DNA from: Octopus bimaculoides
Lineage: Eukaryota
Assembly (NCBI RefSeq): GCF_001194135.2
Contig: NC_068991.1
Span: forward strand, 49,074,052-49,138,051
Direction: 5' to 3'
Length of the DNA: 64,000 nucleotides
The notes under the pieces were generated by a model. That model was not told the DNA's origin. It was given only the letters and a program-made list of their open reading frames with translations, and did no database searches. The translations under genes were made by a program, and so were the position numbers. Shown piece after piece: positions 37,860 to 51,023 of this stretch (its first letter is position 1; the number at the start of each line of letters is the position of its first letter).

Positions 37860-38700
37860 AATATGTGACACTTATTCGGTAGCCATGATAAAACTCCAAG
37901 TTTCGGATGCCGGGGTGGGAGCCCACGCCAACATCTCTTCAGTTATCCGGCCATTGAAAATTCCTGTGAAAAATTACGTTAAACAAAGGGAAAAGTATAG
38001 AAGGGTAAAAAGCTTATACATAGACACAATATAGAAAGCAAATCCTATCAGTACACTCCTATCGGCAAGTCCTATCAGTAAAAATATTAAAAAATATATA
38101 AGAAATCTAACTAAAAAGTATAGAGAGATACTTGGATTTTATATTTTTTATATATATTTTATATTTTTTTTATTTTTTATATTTTTTACTTAATTATAGA
38201 GTTAATGTTTTTGTATTTTGCATTATAGAGTTAATGTTTTTTGTATGGTGGTGGTGGTGCATTTCTACATGGGTGGTATTTGCATGTCTTTACGTCTAAA
38301 GTTGTGTCTAGAAAGTATGCAACGTTTCTTTTAGATCTAATGGCACCCTTTAAATTTACTGCGGAGAAGGATTCTATGAAACCTTTTTCTACGTATGTGT
38401 AGATGATAGGTGTTCCACGTGACTAGAACTCACTAATACAGTATTTTGGTAAATATCTATTTCTAAACAACGCATCATTCCATTCATAATACATTCTGAC
38501 AGATTAGAATGTGAATATGTGATTGCTGTTGTTTTTCATCAGCGGAGAGCACCTCTCCCTTTTAGATGGTGTGTGTTCATAACACAGGCGACTCACCTGT
38601 GTAAAAGGACTTCAAGATACAGTAATATTTCAACATCATTTTATGTCTCCTCAATTGGTGCTACTCCGTCGGAGCAATGAATCTAAGCAGAACACGAGCT
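37860..38700 (-). mobile_element. Penelope-like element remnant (RT fragment plus pseudo-LTR)
   Basis: Degenerate minus-strand frame ...NVAYFLDTTLDVKTCKYHP, similar to the PLE RT C-terminal FLDxTLD motif, upstream of the hammerhead-bearing repeat. Confidence 0.55.
37887..37947 (-). ncRNA. Type I hammerhead ribozyme motif (same family, inverted)
   Basis: Minus strand GATAA-CTGAAGA-GATGTTGG..CCGGCATC-C-GAAACTTGGAGT-T-TTATC. Confidence 0.7.
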
Positions 38701-38762
38701 CTCGTTTATCGTAATCGGTAAACAAATAATTTGTAATCGGTAAAAGAAATAATATGTTACTC

Positions 38763-39975
38763 TTACTGTATTGAGAGTGTTTTACGTAGGATGTGTGCGG
38801 AGCATTGTAGTGCTATTTTCTGTATGTTATATATACTTTTTAGTTCTGGTATTTTTGTTATGTATTTGTCTGAATGTTTTTTTTTTATCATACTTAAAGC
38901 GCCTACTATGATAGGAATTGTTTCTAGGCTTCACATTCGAGTTATTTCTATTTCCAGATTATATTTTGAAAGTTTCTCCGTTCCTTTTAGAGAAACATTG
39001 TCATCTGTTGGTATTGATACAACGATTAGAAAGCATTTTTTTTAATGATCTATGACAACTCTATCCAGCCTATTAGCCTTAATTTCTCTGTCTGTGTGTA
39101 TTGGCATATCCCAGACTATGGTTTCTTTCTCATTTTCTGTGAACTTTTCAGGCATGTGCCTATATCATCTTTTTTCTATTGTTATTCCATAGTGTTATCA
39201 TAGCTTCCAGTGTATATAAGTCCCAACTCTGTCGTGCTTGTGAAGATATTCCTTCTTAGCCAGGACTGGGCAACCAGAGAAATATGATTTACTATTTCTT
39301 CTCGATCACCACATATTCTGCAATTACTTGTATTTCTTTTCATTATTCATTTTTGGTGATTTCTGGTAGGAAGGCTTTGGTCTTGTGCTGCAATTAAAAA
39401 TCCTTTAGTCTCTGCTTTGAGTCTTGAGCTTATTAGCCATTGTTGGGATTTTGCTTTGTCTATATCTTTTTTTGTTTAGCTTAACCCGATATTTGACATG
39501 AATGGGCTTTTCTTTCTATCGCTTTATCATGATCCGTTGCTGTTGCAGTTCTTGTTTGGATTTCAGTTGTTTTACAGCCGTTGTTTCTTCTTTTTCTTCA
39601 TAGTTGTTAGGTACTATGACTTCTTTTTTGTATTTGTCATCTTCTTTAAAGACTGCAAGCAGTTTTCTGTTTTGTTCGTGTTTAGTTGTTATTTGTATCA
39701 GTTTTCCTTGCTTCTGAAGCAGGTATTTCTGTAGTCCTATGGTGGTTATTTTGTAATAGTTTTCTATCTGTACAAGGCCTCTACCACCTTCGATACGTTG
39801 TATATCTAGCCTTTCTATGTCAAATTTTGGGTGGTGCATCCTAAATCCTGTTATTATTTTTCTTGTCTTCCTGTCTATTTTGATTAGTTCATTTAGAGTC
39901 CAGTTAAGAATATCGTAGATGTAACTTATAGCTGGGACAGCTAGAGTGTTGATACCTATTATCTTGTTTTTCGCA
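38763..39975 (-). mobile_element. 5'-truncated R4/Dong-like LINE (end of RT, CCHC knuckle, RLE endonuclease), frameshifted
   Basis: NAKNKIIGINTLAVP...DRKTRKII..MHHPKFDIERL..RIEGGRGL; ETKGFLIAAQDQSL; CRICGDREE; WYRHMPEK..ENEKETIVWDMPIHTDREIKANR; IPIIVGAL...QKIAL..SAHILRKTLS*. Confidence 0.92.
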
Positions 39976-39980
39976 TTATT

Positions 39981-40065
<85 letters not shown>

Positions 40066-40068
<3 letters not shown>

Positions 40069-41160
40069 TTTAAAAGAATTGACGTAACTTTTCACAAATG
40101 TAAATAGAAAACATGAAGAGCATGATGGGATTGCAACAGATATTTTATTGGTTGAACGATATTTCGATAGCAAGACTGTCTTTTCTCGAATTCAAAATGA
40201 AAAATGATAAAAATTCTAAATTATCGAAATTCAAATCCAAAATATGAACGAGCACAACCAGCGTCCACACGTTGACAGAATGACATCATCAGTCTTTAAG
40301 TTTCAATTTTATAACTGGCGAAAAGAAAAAGAAAGAAAAAAAACGAAAAAAAATTAAAAATAAAGAAAAAAGAAAAGGAAAAAAGAAGAATATTTAATCA
40401 AACAGTTTTGTGTAAATTTGATGAAATTCTCCTGTCATTTTATTCATTCCTCCAGGGCATAATGATAAAACCTCACAATCATATCTCTCCTCATGCATTT
40501 TGAGTACTGAAATTGTGGCAACTTCGGAATATTTTCTGAGAATATACATTTCCAAGTCTTTTTTTGCAAAGTCGCAGCCGTTTGATGCAAAATGTTCGGC
40601 AAGTTCTATCGATCTACTCTTATTGTGCCTGACGTCATATATCTGCCCATTGAATCTTTTGTTTAATTGTTCTGTTGTACAACCGACATAAATCAAGTTG
40701 TGTTTCTTTCTACCAGTTGTAAAATTGAACTTTGAAGACTGATGATATCATTCCATCAACGTGTGGACGCTGGTTGCTCTCGTTCGTATTTTGGATTTGA
40801 ATTTCTAATTTAAAACTTTTGTCACTTTTCATTTTGAACTCGACAAAGACAGGCTTGCTATTGAAATATCGTTCTTGTAATAGAACATCTATTGCAATCG
40901 CATCGCGCTCTTCGTATAATCTGTTTACTTTTGTGAAGAGTTACGTCAATCCTTTTAAAATATCCAAATCAAGTAGCTTGAGATAATTGATTTTATGTTA
41001 TATTGGACGGTCTTACATCAAATATACCAATGTGTGCATCACAGCCTGACGATTCATTGCTTAAGGCTGATGATGTCATTCCATCAACGTGTGGACGCTG
41101 GCTGTTCACGTTCGTATTTTGGATTTGAATTTCTATAATTTTGAATTTTTATCACTATTG
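40066..41160 (-). mobile_element. Penelope-like element: GIY-YIG endonuclease between inverted 250-bp arms, plus a partial third repeat
   Basis: 40394-40712 minus strand KHNLIYVGCTTEQLNKRFNG...LAEHF...DLEMYIL...E...L.P.GMN; arms 40066-40318 and 40713-40963; extra copy 41065-41160. Confidence 0.85.
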
Positions 41161-41214
41161 TCTATTATTATTATTATTATTATTATTTCATTATTATTAT
41201 TATTATTATTATTA

Positions 41215-41245
<31 letters not shown>

Positions 41246-41271
41246 CATCATCATCATCATCATTATTATTA

Positions 41272-41338
<67 letters not shown>

Positions 41339-41340
41339 GT

Positions 41341-41810
41341 TATTTTTTTCTTCCTTCTTCAAATTTTCTTCCATTTCTCGCCGAGTGTCTTCCGTACATC
41401 TAGGGCAGAGAAACTCGTTGTATGCATTCCCAGATTGCACACACAAATTCAAAGGTAAAATATGTATTAAAAAAAAAAAATTCATGAATGGATGTTGTTT
41501 TCACAGCGATAATGCTCTTCTCAGTACATGAGTCGTTCCAGTTAACACGATTTTTTGCACTTCCTCTAGGCATGGTAAGCCTGGTATCATTTTCAAATAG
41601 GTTTCAGTACCCTTTTTTTTTATCATTCCTAGAGATCCTACAGTCACTGGTATGGTAGTCGCCTTGAGGTGCCACATTTTTTTCAATTTCTATTAGCAAG
41701 GCTTTATATTTACTGATCTTGTGAAATTCTTTCGCTGCTATTTTATGATCACAAGGAATACTCATGTCAATTAATAAACACGTCTTCTTTGTCTTATCTT
41801 TTATAATAAT
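41341..41810 (-). mobile_element. Short 5'-truncated R4/Dong-like LINE inserted in a (TAA)n tract
   Basis: IIKDKTKKTCLLIDMSIPCD...KMWHLKATTIPVTVGSLGMIKK...VQKIVLTGTTHVLRRALSL*, then 3' UTR; pure (TTA)n on both sides. Confidence 0.9.
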
Positions 41811-41814
41811 AATA

Positions 41815-41905
<91 letters not shown>

Positions 41906-42556
41906 GTTATTATTATTATTATTACTTTAGACACAAGTCAGTTCTTATCCAGCAGACACATGGATGATTAATGACTCACATTTTCAGGTAGCATAGTGTT
42001 TCTAAGACTAACTACATTATCCAATGTGCTCTTCATTTATTTAAAGACAATGGAGTGCAATCTAAGAAAGACCTCGATAGATTAACCTAATATCCAGTGG
42101 TGTGTGAGACCTGACTCTCATTCATAAATGAGCTATCCTAATATGCTTTCCATTCAGTCCTATTTTCTTTTTCTTCTTTCCTTATTGTCTTCTCATCTTT
42201 CTTTTCCTTTTTGTCCTTCCTTTCTTTCTAGACTATTATCAAAACGGTTCTTTCTATCATTCGTTCGTTTATTCTCTCGTTCCTGTATTCCTTCTCATTA
42301 ATTACATGTCATTATTCTTATTCTTATTCTTATTCTTAATCCTTGTTCTTTCATCCTTTCATTCTTTCCTATCTACCTTTATATCTTTTTATTTCCCTAT
42401 CTTTCATTTATTTTTATTCATTTATTTATTTATTTATTTTGTTTTTCATTTTTCATTCATTCTTTCTTTTCTCTCTTTTTTTCCTTAATTGACCAGTACT
42501 TGACTCCCCACTTCAACGATGATAACAACAGTAACAACAACAATAATAATATCATT

Positions 42557-42623
<67 letters not shown>

Positions 42624-43359
42624 GGAAGGAAGGAAGGGAAGAAGGAATAAAAATAGAAGGCAAGTTGGGGAAAGGCAGTAAGCAAGAAGAAAGGTAAAGA
42701 AAAAAAGAAAAAGGAAAAAATTACAAAACCGACAAGAAATGAGATATATACGGGTATATTCGTCCGTCACCCACCCCCTCACCCTTAGACCGCCACCTTT
42801 TTCGTTTACAAATACCCATGCCCATACCCACACTACCTCGAGTGAGTGAGTGTGTGTGTGTGTGTGTATGTGTGTGTGTGTGTGTTTATGTTGTCCCTAA
42901 AGTGATAGCTGCTAATTGAGTACCTTGTAACCCGCGTTTATATCACGTGATCTAATTCCCTGTGTGTTCTTTCATCACAGCCGACTGCCTCAAAATGGTC
43001 CGCTTCAGAGATAGATGGCCAGGTTTTTGTTTGTGTGCTGATGTGTGTGTGTAGGGGGGGAGAGTAAGAGAAGAGGTGGTGAGGATGTGAGGGAGGGGGG
43101 TCAGCCTAAGGGTATGTGCTAGTGATAGCGACGATGGTAGGGGGTACGTGTTCACTCATATATGAGTAAATGTTCCTAGGTGGTTTTTTTTTTCTTTGAG
43201 TTTCTTTTTTAATATCGTTGGCCACATTACCGACACCACCAAGTCGGTGGTGTAGCTGAGTCGGCGGGGTGACAAACGCGGTAGGACGCAAAACCCTGTA
43301 CTCTAGTTCTCCCTGTCAAGATTTTAACCATGTACCTCTGAGTTCATATCTTCAATAAG

Positions 43360-44075
43360 AGCCTTTAATACTCTTAGGGGTCAATATAAGACTTTTGAGG
43401 GTCCACCCAAGCAAAATAATACATTGGGGAGCCACAATAGTATTTCAGGGGTCCATGAAAAAATTTTGTTTTCAGGGGTTCTGAACCATTTTTTTTATCT
43501 ATGGACCCCTTTGATAACTATTTTATTCTGGTAGACCCACATAGCCATTCGATGTTTAAAGACTAGTTTTATAGAAACTCCTTACAAAACTCCTATTGTT
43601 TTTCACATGTTTACTTGTGAAAGGTCGAACTGTCTAAAATGCTACAGAAAGAAACCAAACTGTTTCTTGCAATACATACCAATACATGCAACTACAGCAA
43701 AAAATTTTTCAACGGCCCTTAAAATACTATTGTGTATTCCCAATTTACTGTTTCGTTGCATGGACCCTCAAAAGTCTTATATGGAGTCTTAGGGACCATA
43801 TAGACCCCGGTTGAGAACCACTGTTTTAATTGTGTTTATTGCAAGAAACAACTAGGTTTCTTTAACGCTTAACATAGTTCAACACGTTTCCGGTTACTGA
43901 AATATGTTCTCCCAGAGAATGCTATTGCAAATCTATACAAGTTAATATGTGAAAAACGAAATAGGTATTTGGAAAGAAGTATCTATAAAACTAGCTTTTA
44001 AACATATGAGGGTCCACCAGAGTAAAAAAAGAAATCAAAGGGGTCCATAAATAGATAAAAATTGTTAAGCACCAC
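43360..44075. mobile_element. hAT MITE (43473-43823) nested in an oppositely oriented copy of the same family
   Basis: CAGGGGTTCTGAACC / GGTTGAGAACCACTG ends, related to 26991-27291; outer copy ends attgttaagcaccactg. Confidence 0.65.
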
Positions 44076-45019
44076 TGTTATTATCTAACCGTGCTGTTAC
44101 TGAACTGAGCTGCGTTCGTTTCCTTGAGAATAGTTTTGTAAATAAGATGCTGTTACCCCCCAGTTCATAACTCCTTGCTACCAGAAACGTAGTCGGGTTG
44201 TTTTAAAGTTAGTGGGATAGCGAACAAATATAAAAGGGCACCGTGACACATCAAGCAATTTTTTAATCAGTCCTTTTGTATTACGCGAGATATTTCACAA
44301 GTTATAGTATACGTAATTGTATTCAACATTTCATGTTTCAGTAACTACTGATATTGGTGTGAAAAAGATGAAACTCCACGAGATCGTCCAATGTCGAGAG
44401 ATTATGACGTCAGAGTTTATTTTGATTCATCACATATCAGCGGTCACCAACACATCGCAGGATACTGAGCTGACAATTCAAAAATACGGGAGGTTGGTCA
44501 ATTAAAGTGATGAGTCCAGAAAGTTCTTCCAAGGCCAAGCGATTAACAAAGATTAAAAAAAAAAGATTCGATTTTCATCACATAAGCGAATTAAAGAGTT
44601 ATACAAAATTGTTGAAAGGGCGCCAATTATGAAAAATGGGAAGGTGGGGTGCAGTCTCTTCCTTTGCTCTCCTATTAGCAATGCTACTGCTTTCTAACCA
44701 CTTATAAGTCACCAAGTTGTAATTATTATTCAGGACCAGGTCAGTTCTTGATCCAGCCAACTTATAATCAATGATTTCCAGCCACGACCATCCAGGCTTT
44801 CTATCGATCACTGTATCTAGAACTACATTATCCGAAGCAGCATCTTTTTCTTAATGTGTAATTTGAGGTAGGGTGGTTTTCTATTTTCCTCAGGTCGATT
44901 GAGCACGTAAAAAGACATCTTTGAAGTTTCAGAAAGCAACTTCGTAGAAATCTTTAAGAAATACATTGAAGAAATGTGTATACAGCTTATGCATGATGAT
45001 AACATTTTGTTGTGTGGTA

Positions 45020-45685
45020 TGTTGCATTTATGCTAGGTGATGTTCAGCTATATAGCATTTTGTCACCAGATGTTTACTACATGATGTTTATACATAGTAC
45101 TTTTGTTACATGGCGTTTAGGTATGTGACATTTTTATCATGTATTGCTTAGGTATGTAATATCTTTGGCGTATAGTGCTTCGGTATGTAGCATTTTTGTA
45201 TGAGGCGCTTATATAGTATTTTTGGCTTATGGTGTTCAAGCTACGAAAATTTTTGCACGTGGTGTTTATGTAGCATTTTTGGCGTATGGTGTTTAGATAT
45301 GTAGCATTTTTCACATATTATTTAACTCTACACTTTGTGCCACATAATGTTGTAACATAAGTATGTAACATTTTTGTCACAAGAGGTTTAAGTACGTAGC
45401 ATTTTTGTTACATAGGATTTAAAAATGTAATATTTGCGACATGGTGTTTATGTAGCTTTATTGCCATACGGTATTAAGGCATGTGAAATCGTTTGTCACA
45501 TGGTGCTTAGATGTGTAACATTTTTGCTAAATAGTGTTTAGGTATGTAGCATTTTTGTCATATGGTGTTTAGGTATGTAGCATTTTTGTCACGTGGTGTT
45601 TAGGTATGTAGCATTTTTGTCATATGGTGTTTAGGTATGTAACATTTTTTGTCACATGGTGTTTAGGAATGTAGCATTTTTGTTA
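45020..45685. repeat. 31-bp minisatellite, about 20 copies, degenerate towards the left
   Basis: Unit atggtgtttaggtatgtagcatttttgtcac; adjacent copies at 45541 and 45572. Confidence 0.9.
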
Positions 45686-48221
45686 ACTGGTTTATTATTT
45701 TAGATTTGAGTATTTACTGTAAACTCGTAGCCAGTCAGGTATCTCAGGCAAGGTCCTTCTGTAGTACTTAAAATTACTGTTATTTTTCATTCATTTCTTT
45801 TTCAATTACTTTCTTGAGAAACGATTGCACAGCATTCGCTACATAATACATTCGGCCTTACTTAATCGCAACCCTGCTGTTTACTTACATTTCAATTTAT
45901 CCACGCCCCAAAATGACTTCAATCCATCCCGAGGAGAATTCTCAAATTTTATAGCGTGGCCTTTCAGACTGCGATGTACAGCTTGTTGATTTCATACAAA
46001 CTTACAAGCGTGAATCTTACATTCTTGTATATTTTCTACAAAAATGAATTTCCTCCCTTGAACCGCTTGTATTTCTAATTTAAGAGCAATAGATTTTCCC
46101 TTGAGTGTCTGTAGTCGGCAATTCCTGAATAATTTAGACAACCTATCATTAAGTTGTTGCCGGTAGTTTGTAAATTTAATGTTTACTTTGTGAACCCAAT
46201 ATTAATGATAGTATCGTCTTGTCTAAGGTTTCCTAATTATATGTGTGAATGTAGGTGGGGGTGTATCTGTATTGTTTGTATGTATTTGTGTGTAAGCGCG
46301 TGTGTATGCAAGTATGTGTGCGTGAAAGCTGAGTACAACTTGTTGAAGAAAAATACAATGAAATAATGCAGGACATTATATATTAGTTATATATGAACTA
46401 TGACATCAGCTATGTCCCCTATTTGTATAAATTATCTCACAGCCTTTTGTAAACCATGAGTGGTTGTTAAATGGTGTAGTAAAATCCTCAGTTATAAATA
46501 AATGACGGTCTGATGAAAGTGAGAGATGTATCAGAATACCATTCTAAAACAGATTGTTTGCAGTTAACGCTTTTTCTTATAGGCGTTGTTAGAAACTAAA
46601 GTGCAACATTCATGATCGTTTTCTGGGCCTCACTGACTGATAAAAAGAGAGGAGTAAGTTACTTTTAGAACTGAGATTTAGCTCGAAAACTTGCAACAAG
46701 GTAGAGTCCGCTAAAAGCACAAATAGGACCAGGTGGCATTGTTAGACTGAATGAGGGATTAAATTTACCACCTAAAAATAGAAAATGTCTATTTTGTAGG
46801 CTTCCTCGCAATCTCAGTGTACCAAATGTCACACACAACGCTTTGGCTAATCTGAGGATATGGTAAAAGTTATTTAATCAAAGTACTGCGCAGTGGGATC
46901 GAACTCAGAATCATGTGTGGGTTCAGTCCCACAGCATGACATCTTGGGCAAGTGTCTTCTACTATAGCTCTGGCCGTTCACAGCCTTGTGTGTGGATTTA
47001 GTAGACGGCAACTGAAAGAAGCCATCGTATGTAACTACATATATATATGTGTGTGTGTATGTATGTGTATGTGTGTGTGTATGTATGTGTATGTGTGTGT
47101 GTCTGTGTTTGTGTTTGTTCCCACCACCGCTTTTTAACCGGTGTTGTTTTGTTTACGTCTTCGTAATGGTAGCGGCTCGATAAAAGAGACCAGATGGAAT
47201 AAGGATTAGGCTTTAAAAAATAAGTATTGGGGTCGATTCATTAATCTAAACCCTTCAATCTGGCGCTCCAGCATGACCGCAGTCCAATGATTCAAAGAAG
47301 TAAAAAGATATAAGTTAAGAGATCTTTTCCTCACTCTGGAAAGACGTTGTCTCATGTCTATTAATTGTCATAGTAATAGCTTCATCAGTGTCAGATATGT
47401 CTCTAGGGGGGGGGGTGATGGTTGGCTTGACATGCATTCGCCAGCACGTGTCAGGACTAAGAGCTAATGAATATTCACATCAGAAAGAACCTATTCACCA
47501 CAAAAATACCAAAAAAAAAACACGGGTATCAATTTTAATGGTAAATATTTGAAACATTGATGTCAAATATTGGCGCAACCTATCAATTTATGGTAAGAAG
47601 GGTACATCAATTACTTCAACATTACTACTCAATTTGTATTTGCTTTATCAACCCGAAAGGATGAAAAGTAAAATCGACCTTGGAGTTATTTGAACTTAGA
47701 CCATAAAGACGGATGAAATACCGGTAAGTAATTTTGTCCAACGTGCTAACGATTCTGCCAGCACGCCGCCCTAAATATTTAACAGATTGGTTTGAAACTT
47801 TGGTACAAGGACAGCAAGTTCGGGGGAAGGTGTAAGTCGATTATATTGACACCAGTGCATAACTGGTACTTATTTTATCGACCCGAAAGGCATGAAAAAC
47901 AAAGTCGACGTCCGTGGAAATTAAACGCAGAACGTAAAGACGGACGAAATATTGATAAGCATTTTTGCCCAGCGTGCTTACAATTCAGCAAGCACACCGC
48001 CTTAAATATATAGCATCTAAAAACATGGATTTCAAAAGAAAATATTTCGAAAATTAACTTAAATTTACATTTCAAAATATAAATTTTAAAACTAAATATT
48101 TAGAATTTTAGACTGATTATAAATTTGAAACTATGAATACTGAATCTAAATTATTTTTGAGGTACGTATGAATCTGTCAAAGTTTCAAGGGCGTATATAT
48201 GTTTGTGAGTGTACATGTGTG

Positions 48222-48252
<31 letters not shown>

Positions 48253-48575
48253 ATACATATAGATGCTCAAACACACACACACACACACACATATGAAATA
48301 CGAATGAGTTTTCGTCAGTTTGACTAACAGGTGTGCGTTCAAGCGACCCTCGTGCTTTTCTCCTGGTTATCTGTCCCTTCCTATTCTTCCTCTTCACTGG
48401 ACTTTCTTCTACAATCCGATGAAGAGCTATGCTCGAAACAACATATTTGATATTTTTCAATTTTTCATCTAAAAGTTTCACGTGTGTCAAATTAATATAT
48501 CCCCTGTGTACGTCCATCTGAATTTGTTTTACGTTTTCATTCTTGAAGTTGCCAAACGTCACCGATTTGCCCGTA

Positions 48576-48606
<31 letters not shown>

Positions 48607-48844
48607 ATGATATATATGTATGGTGGGGTGTATACACACGTTAATATCGAACAGTGAGAATAAGTGTTGAACACCATATTGATGGATCGATATCCTTTAT
48701 CTGTGGTTTAACCAGTCTACCATTCGTTATATGTCAAGAGAGAGATATCTCTTTTAACATGAAACCAATGGCAGCCTCGTTAATCCACATATGTATATGT
48801 ATATATATATATCTATATATAATACATATATATATATATTTATG

Positions 48845-48904
<60 letters not shown>

Positions 48905-50991
48905 ATCTAACGCGTGCGCTAGTAAATTTAGGATATATACACACTTAATAATACATATATGTGTGCGTGAGTGCCTTTGTGTGTATGTGTGTGTGTGTGT
49001 GTGTGTGTGTATAGATACACATTTGTATGTGTGTATATACAAATACATACACACACGGATATATACACGAATCGGATGCATATATGATAAAGGACAGACA
49101 CACGTGTAATAATGCATAGATCATATGTAAATACACACATTCATGCATATGTAGGTAGTTATATACTTATATGTTCAAAGACACTCAAGCACAGGTCTAT
49201 AGGTTTGCGTGTGCATGTATGAGTGTGTGTGTGTCTGTCTGTGTATGTGTGTGTGTGTGAGACAGACCGACAGACAGACAGACAGACAGACAGCAAGTAC
49301 CACCGTTTATACCTCAACTGTTTATAGCTCTTGATTCTGTGTGTGTGCGTGAACAAAACGGTTGCCAGGGGCAACGGTATTTAATCTTGTCTCATTTATT
49401 AAGTGTTTTTCGCTCGATTTATTTCCGGGTTGGAGGCAAGACGTGAATTTAAAAGCTAAATTACCTTCGTCTCGGGTTTTGGTTCTGCTACACAGTGCTG
49501 CTGCTATTGCTGTTGTTGTTGTTGTTGTTGGGTTTGTAATTGTATGTGTGTGTGTGTGCTTCGCGTACTGAGATGTTGTTGCTGTTGCTGTTTTGGTTTC
49601 TTATGTTCACTCCCATGGTTACTTGTTGTTTTTGTTGTTGTGGCTGATTTTGTTAGTTCTGGTTTCTCATGCTTATTATTATTATTATTATCATTTTATG
49701 ATATTTATTTCTTTTATGTCTGTTTTGGGATTTATGATTGTTGTTATTGTTGCTATTTCCTGGATGACGACGATGATGATAATGATGGTGATGGTGATGT
49801 TTGTTATTTTACCGTTGTTTTTGTGTTAGTTTTCTTTCCCGTTGTTGGATGTATATTGTTTTCCATGTTGTTGGCGTTACGGTCTTTGTACTGTGGTCTT
49901 AGGTTGATATTGTACTTAAAATTGTTCTGAGCAACCTTGTTGCAGTTGTTTTCTTTTGTGTTTTGTTCTAATATTTATTGCTGTTTTGTGGTTATTCTTG
50001 ATGTTGTTGCTGTTTCTGTCTCTACTGCTGCTGCTGTTACCGTTATTGTGGATCCGAGTCAAGCCTGATTTGTCAGTATGGCACGTAAGTTGTCGACTGA
50101 ACCGACTAAGTGCGGTTCACAGATCAACTGATCCGCGTATGTTCCCATAGGTAAGGACGGTATTGCACACTCCGACAAACATTGATGAATATTACAGGAT
50201 ACAGAGTGACACAATGGAGATGCTGTAGACCTCACGACATTGCCCTGTGTTTCACTGAACATGTGTAGATTCTGGTTGAGAGGCCCACTCTTAACTTTTC
50301 TAGAGAGTTTGGGGGTTTGCATCATGCGAATTTGTTCCTCCTGTTGTTTTGCGATAAGGGTCTACATATGAAAAATATGTGCAGCGAGGTGTCAGACAAA
50401 ATGTTTCGCAATATTTATTCCGACACTGTGCGTTCTGATTCTAAACCCAGTCGAGATCAACTTTGCTTTTCTTCCTTTTGAGGTTAATAAAAAAAAAAGA
50501 ATATCACTCCAAGTGGGTGCATTGATGGAACTATAAGAACATTGGATCGGTTGCCTTGCAGTTTTTGTCTCGGCTCTTTGCTTTCTGAGTTCATATCCTA
50601 CCATAGCCTATTTGGGTGGTAGACGTAACCCGTCGCCCAGTTAAGAACCATAACTTTGTACTTTGGGTGCCATTAGCAGAGACAAGTCTGTGGTAAGCAT
50701 TTGAGCCGAGCCAAGTCTCCGGTTCGAAGATACCTTCTTATGTCCCTTCTACTAGTCTTGAAGGCCTGCAAAGGACGATGGGTACTGTTATTTTTTTCCC
50801 CTCTTAACAAAAAAATAAAGAAGTGATGATATTGTTCGAACAGAAGCAAGCTGTGACAAAACCATATTCTTTTCTGGTATATTTCACATATAAATTTCAC
50901 TACAGGAAGATATTCTTTTCGATTGGGCATCATCACAATTTCGGTACCTTTTGACTACATCGCTCCTTCCATACGTACATACATACATACA

Positions 50992-51023
<32 letters not shown>

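Noticed and set aside
45020-45685. CRISPR-like appearance of the 31-bp repeat (and the 105-bp repeat at 9925)
   Set aside because: Units are contiguous with no unique spacers; eukaryotic context; no cas genes
48416-48445. Hammerhead-like CCGATGA-A-GAGCTATGCTC-GAAAC; similar traces near 4455, 8097 and 27348
   Set aside because: Stem I/III or core positions are degenerate; probably dead pseudo-LTR copies
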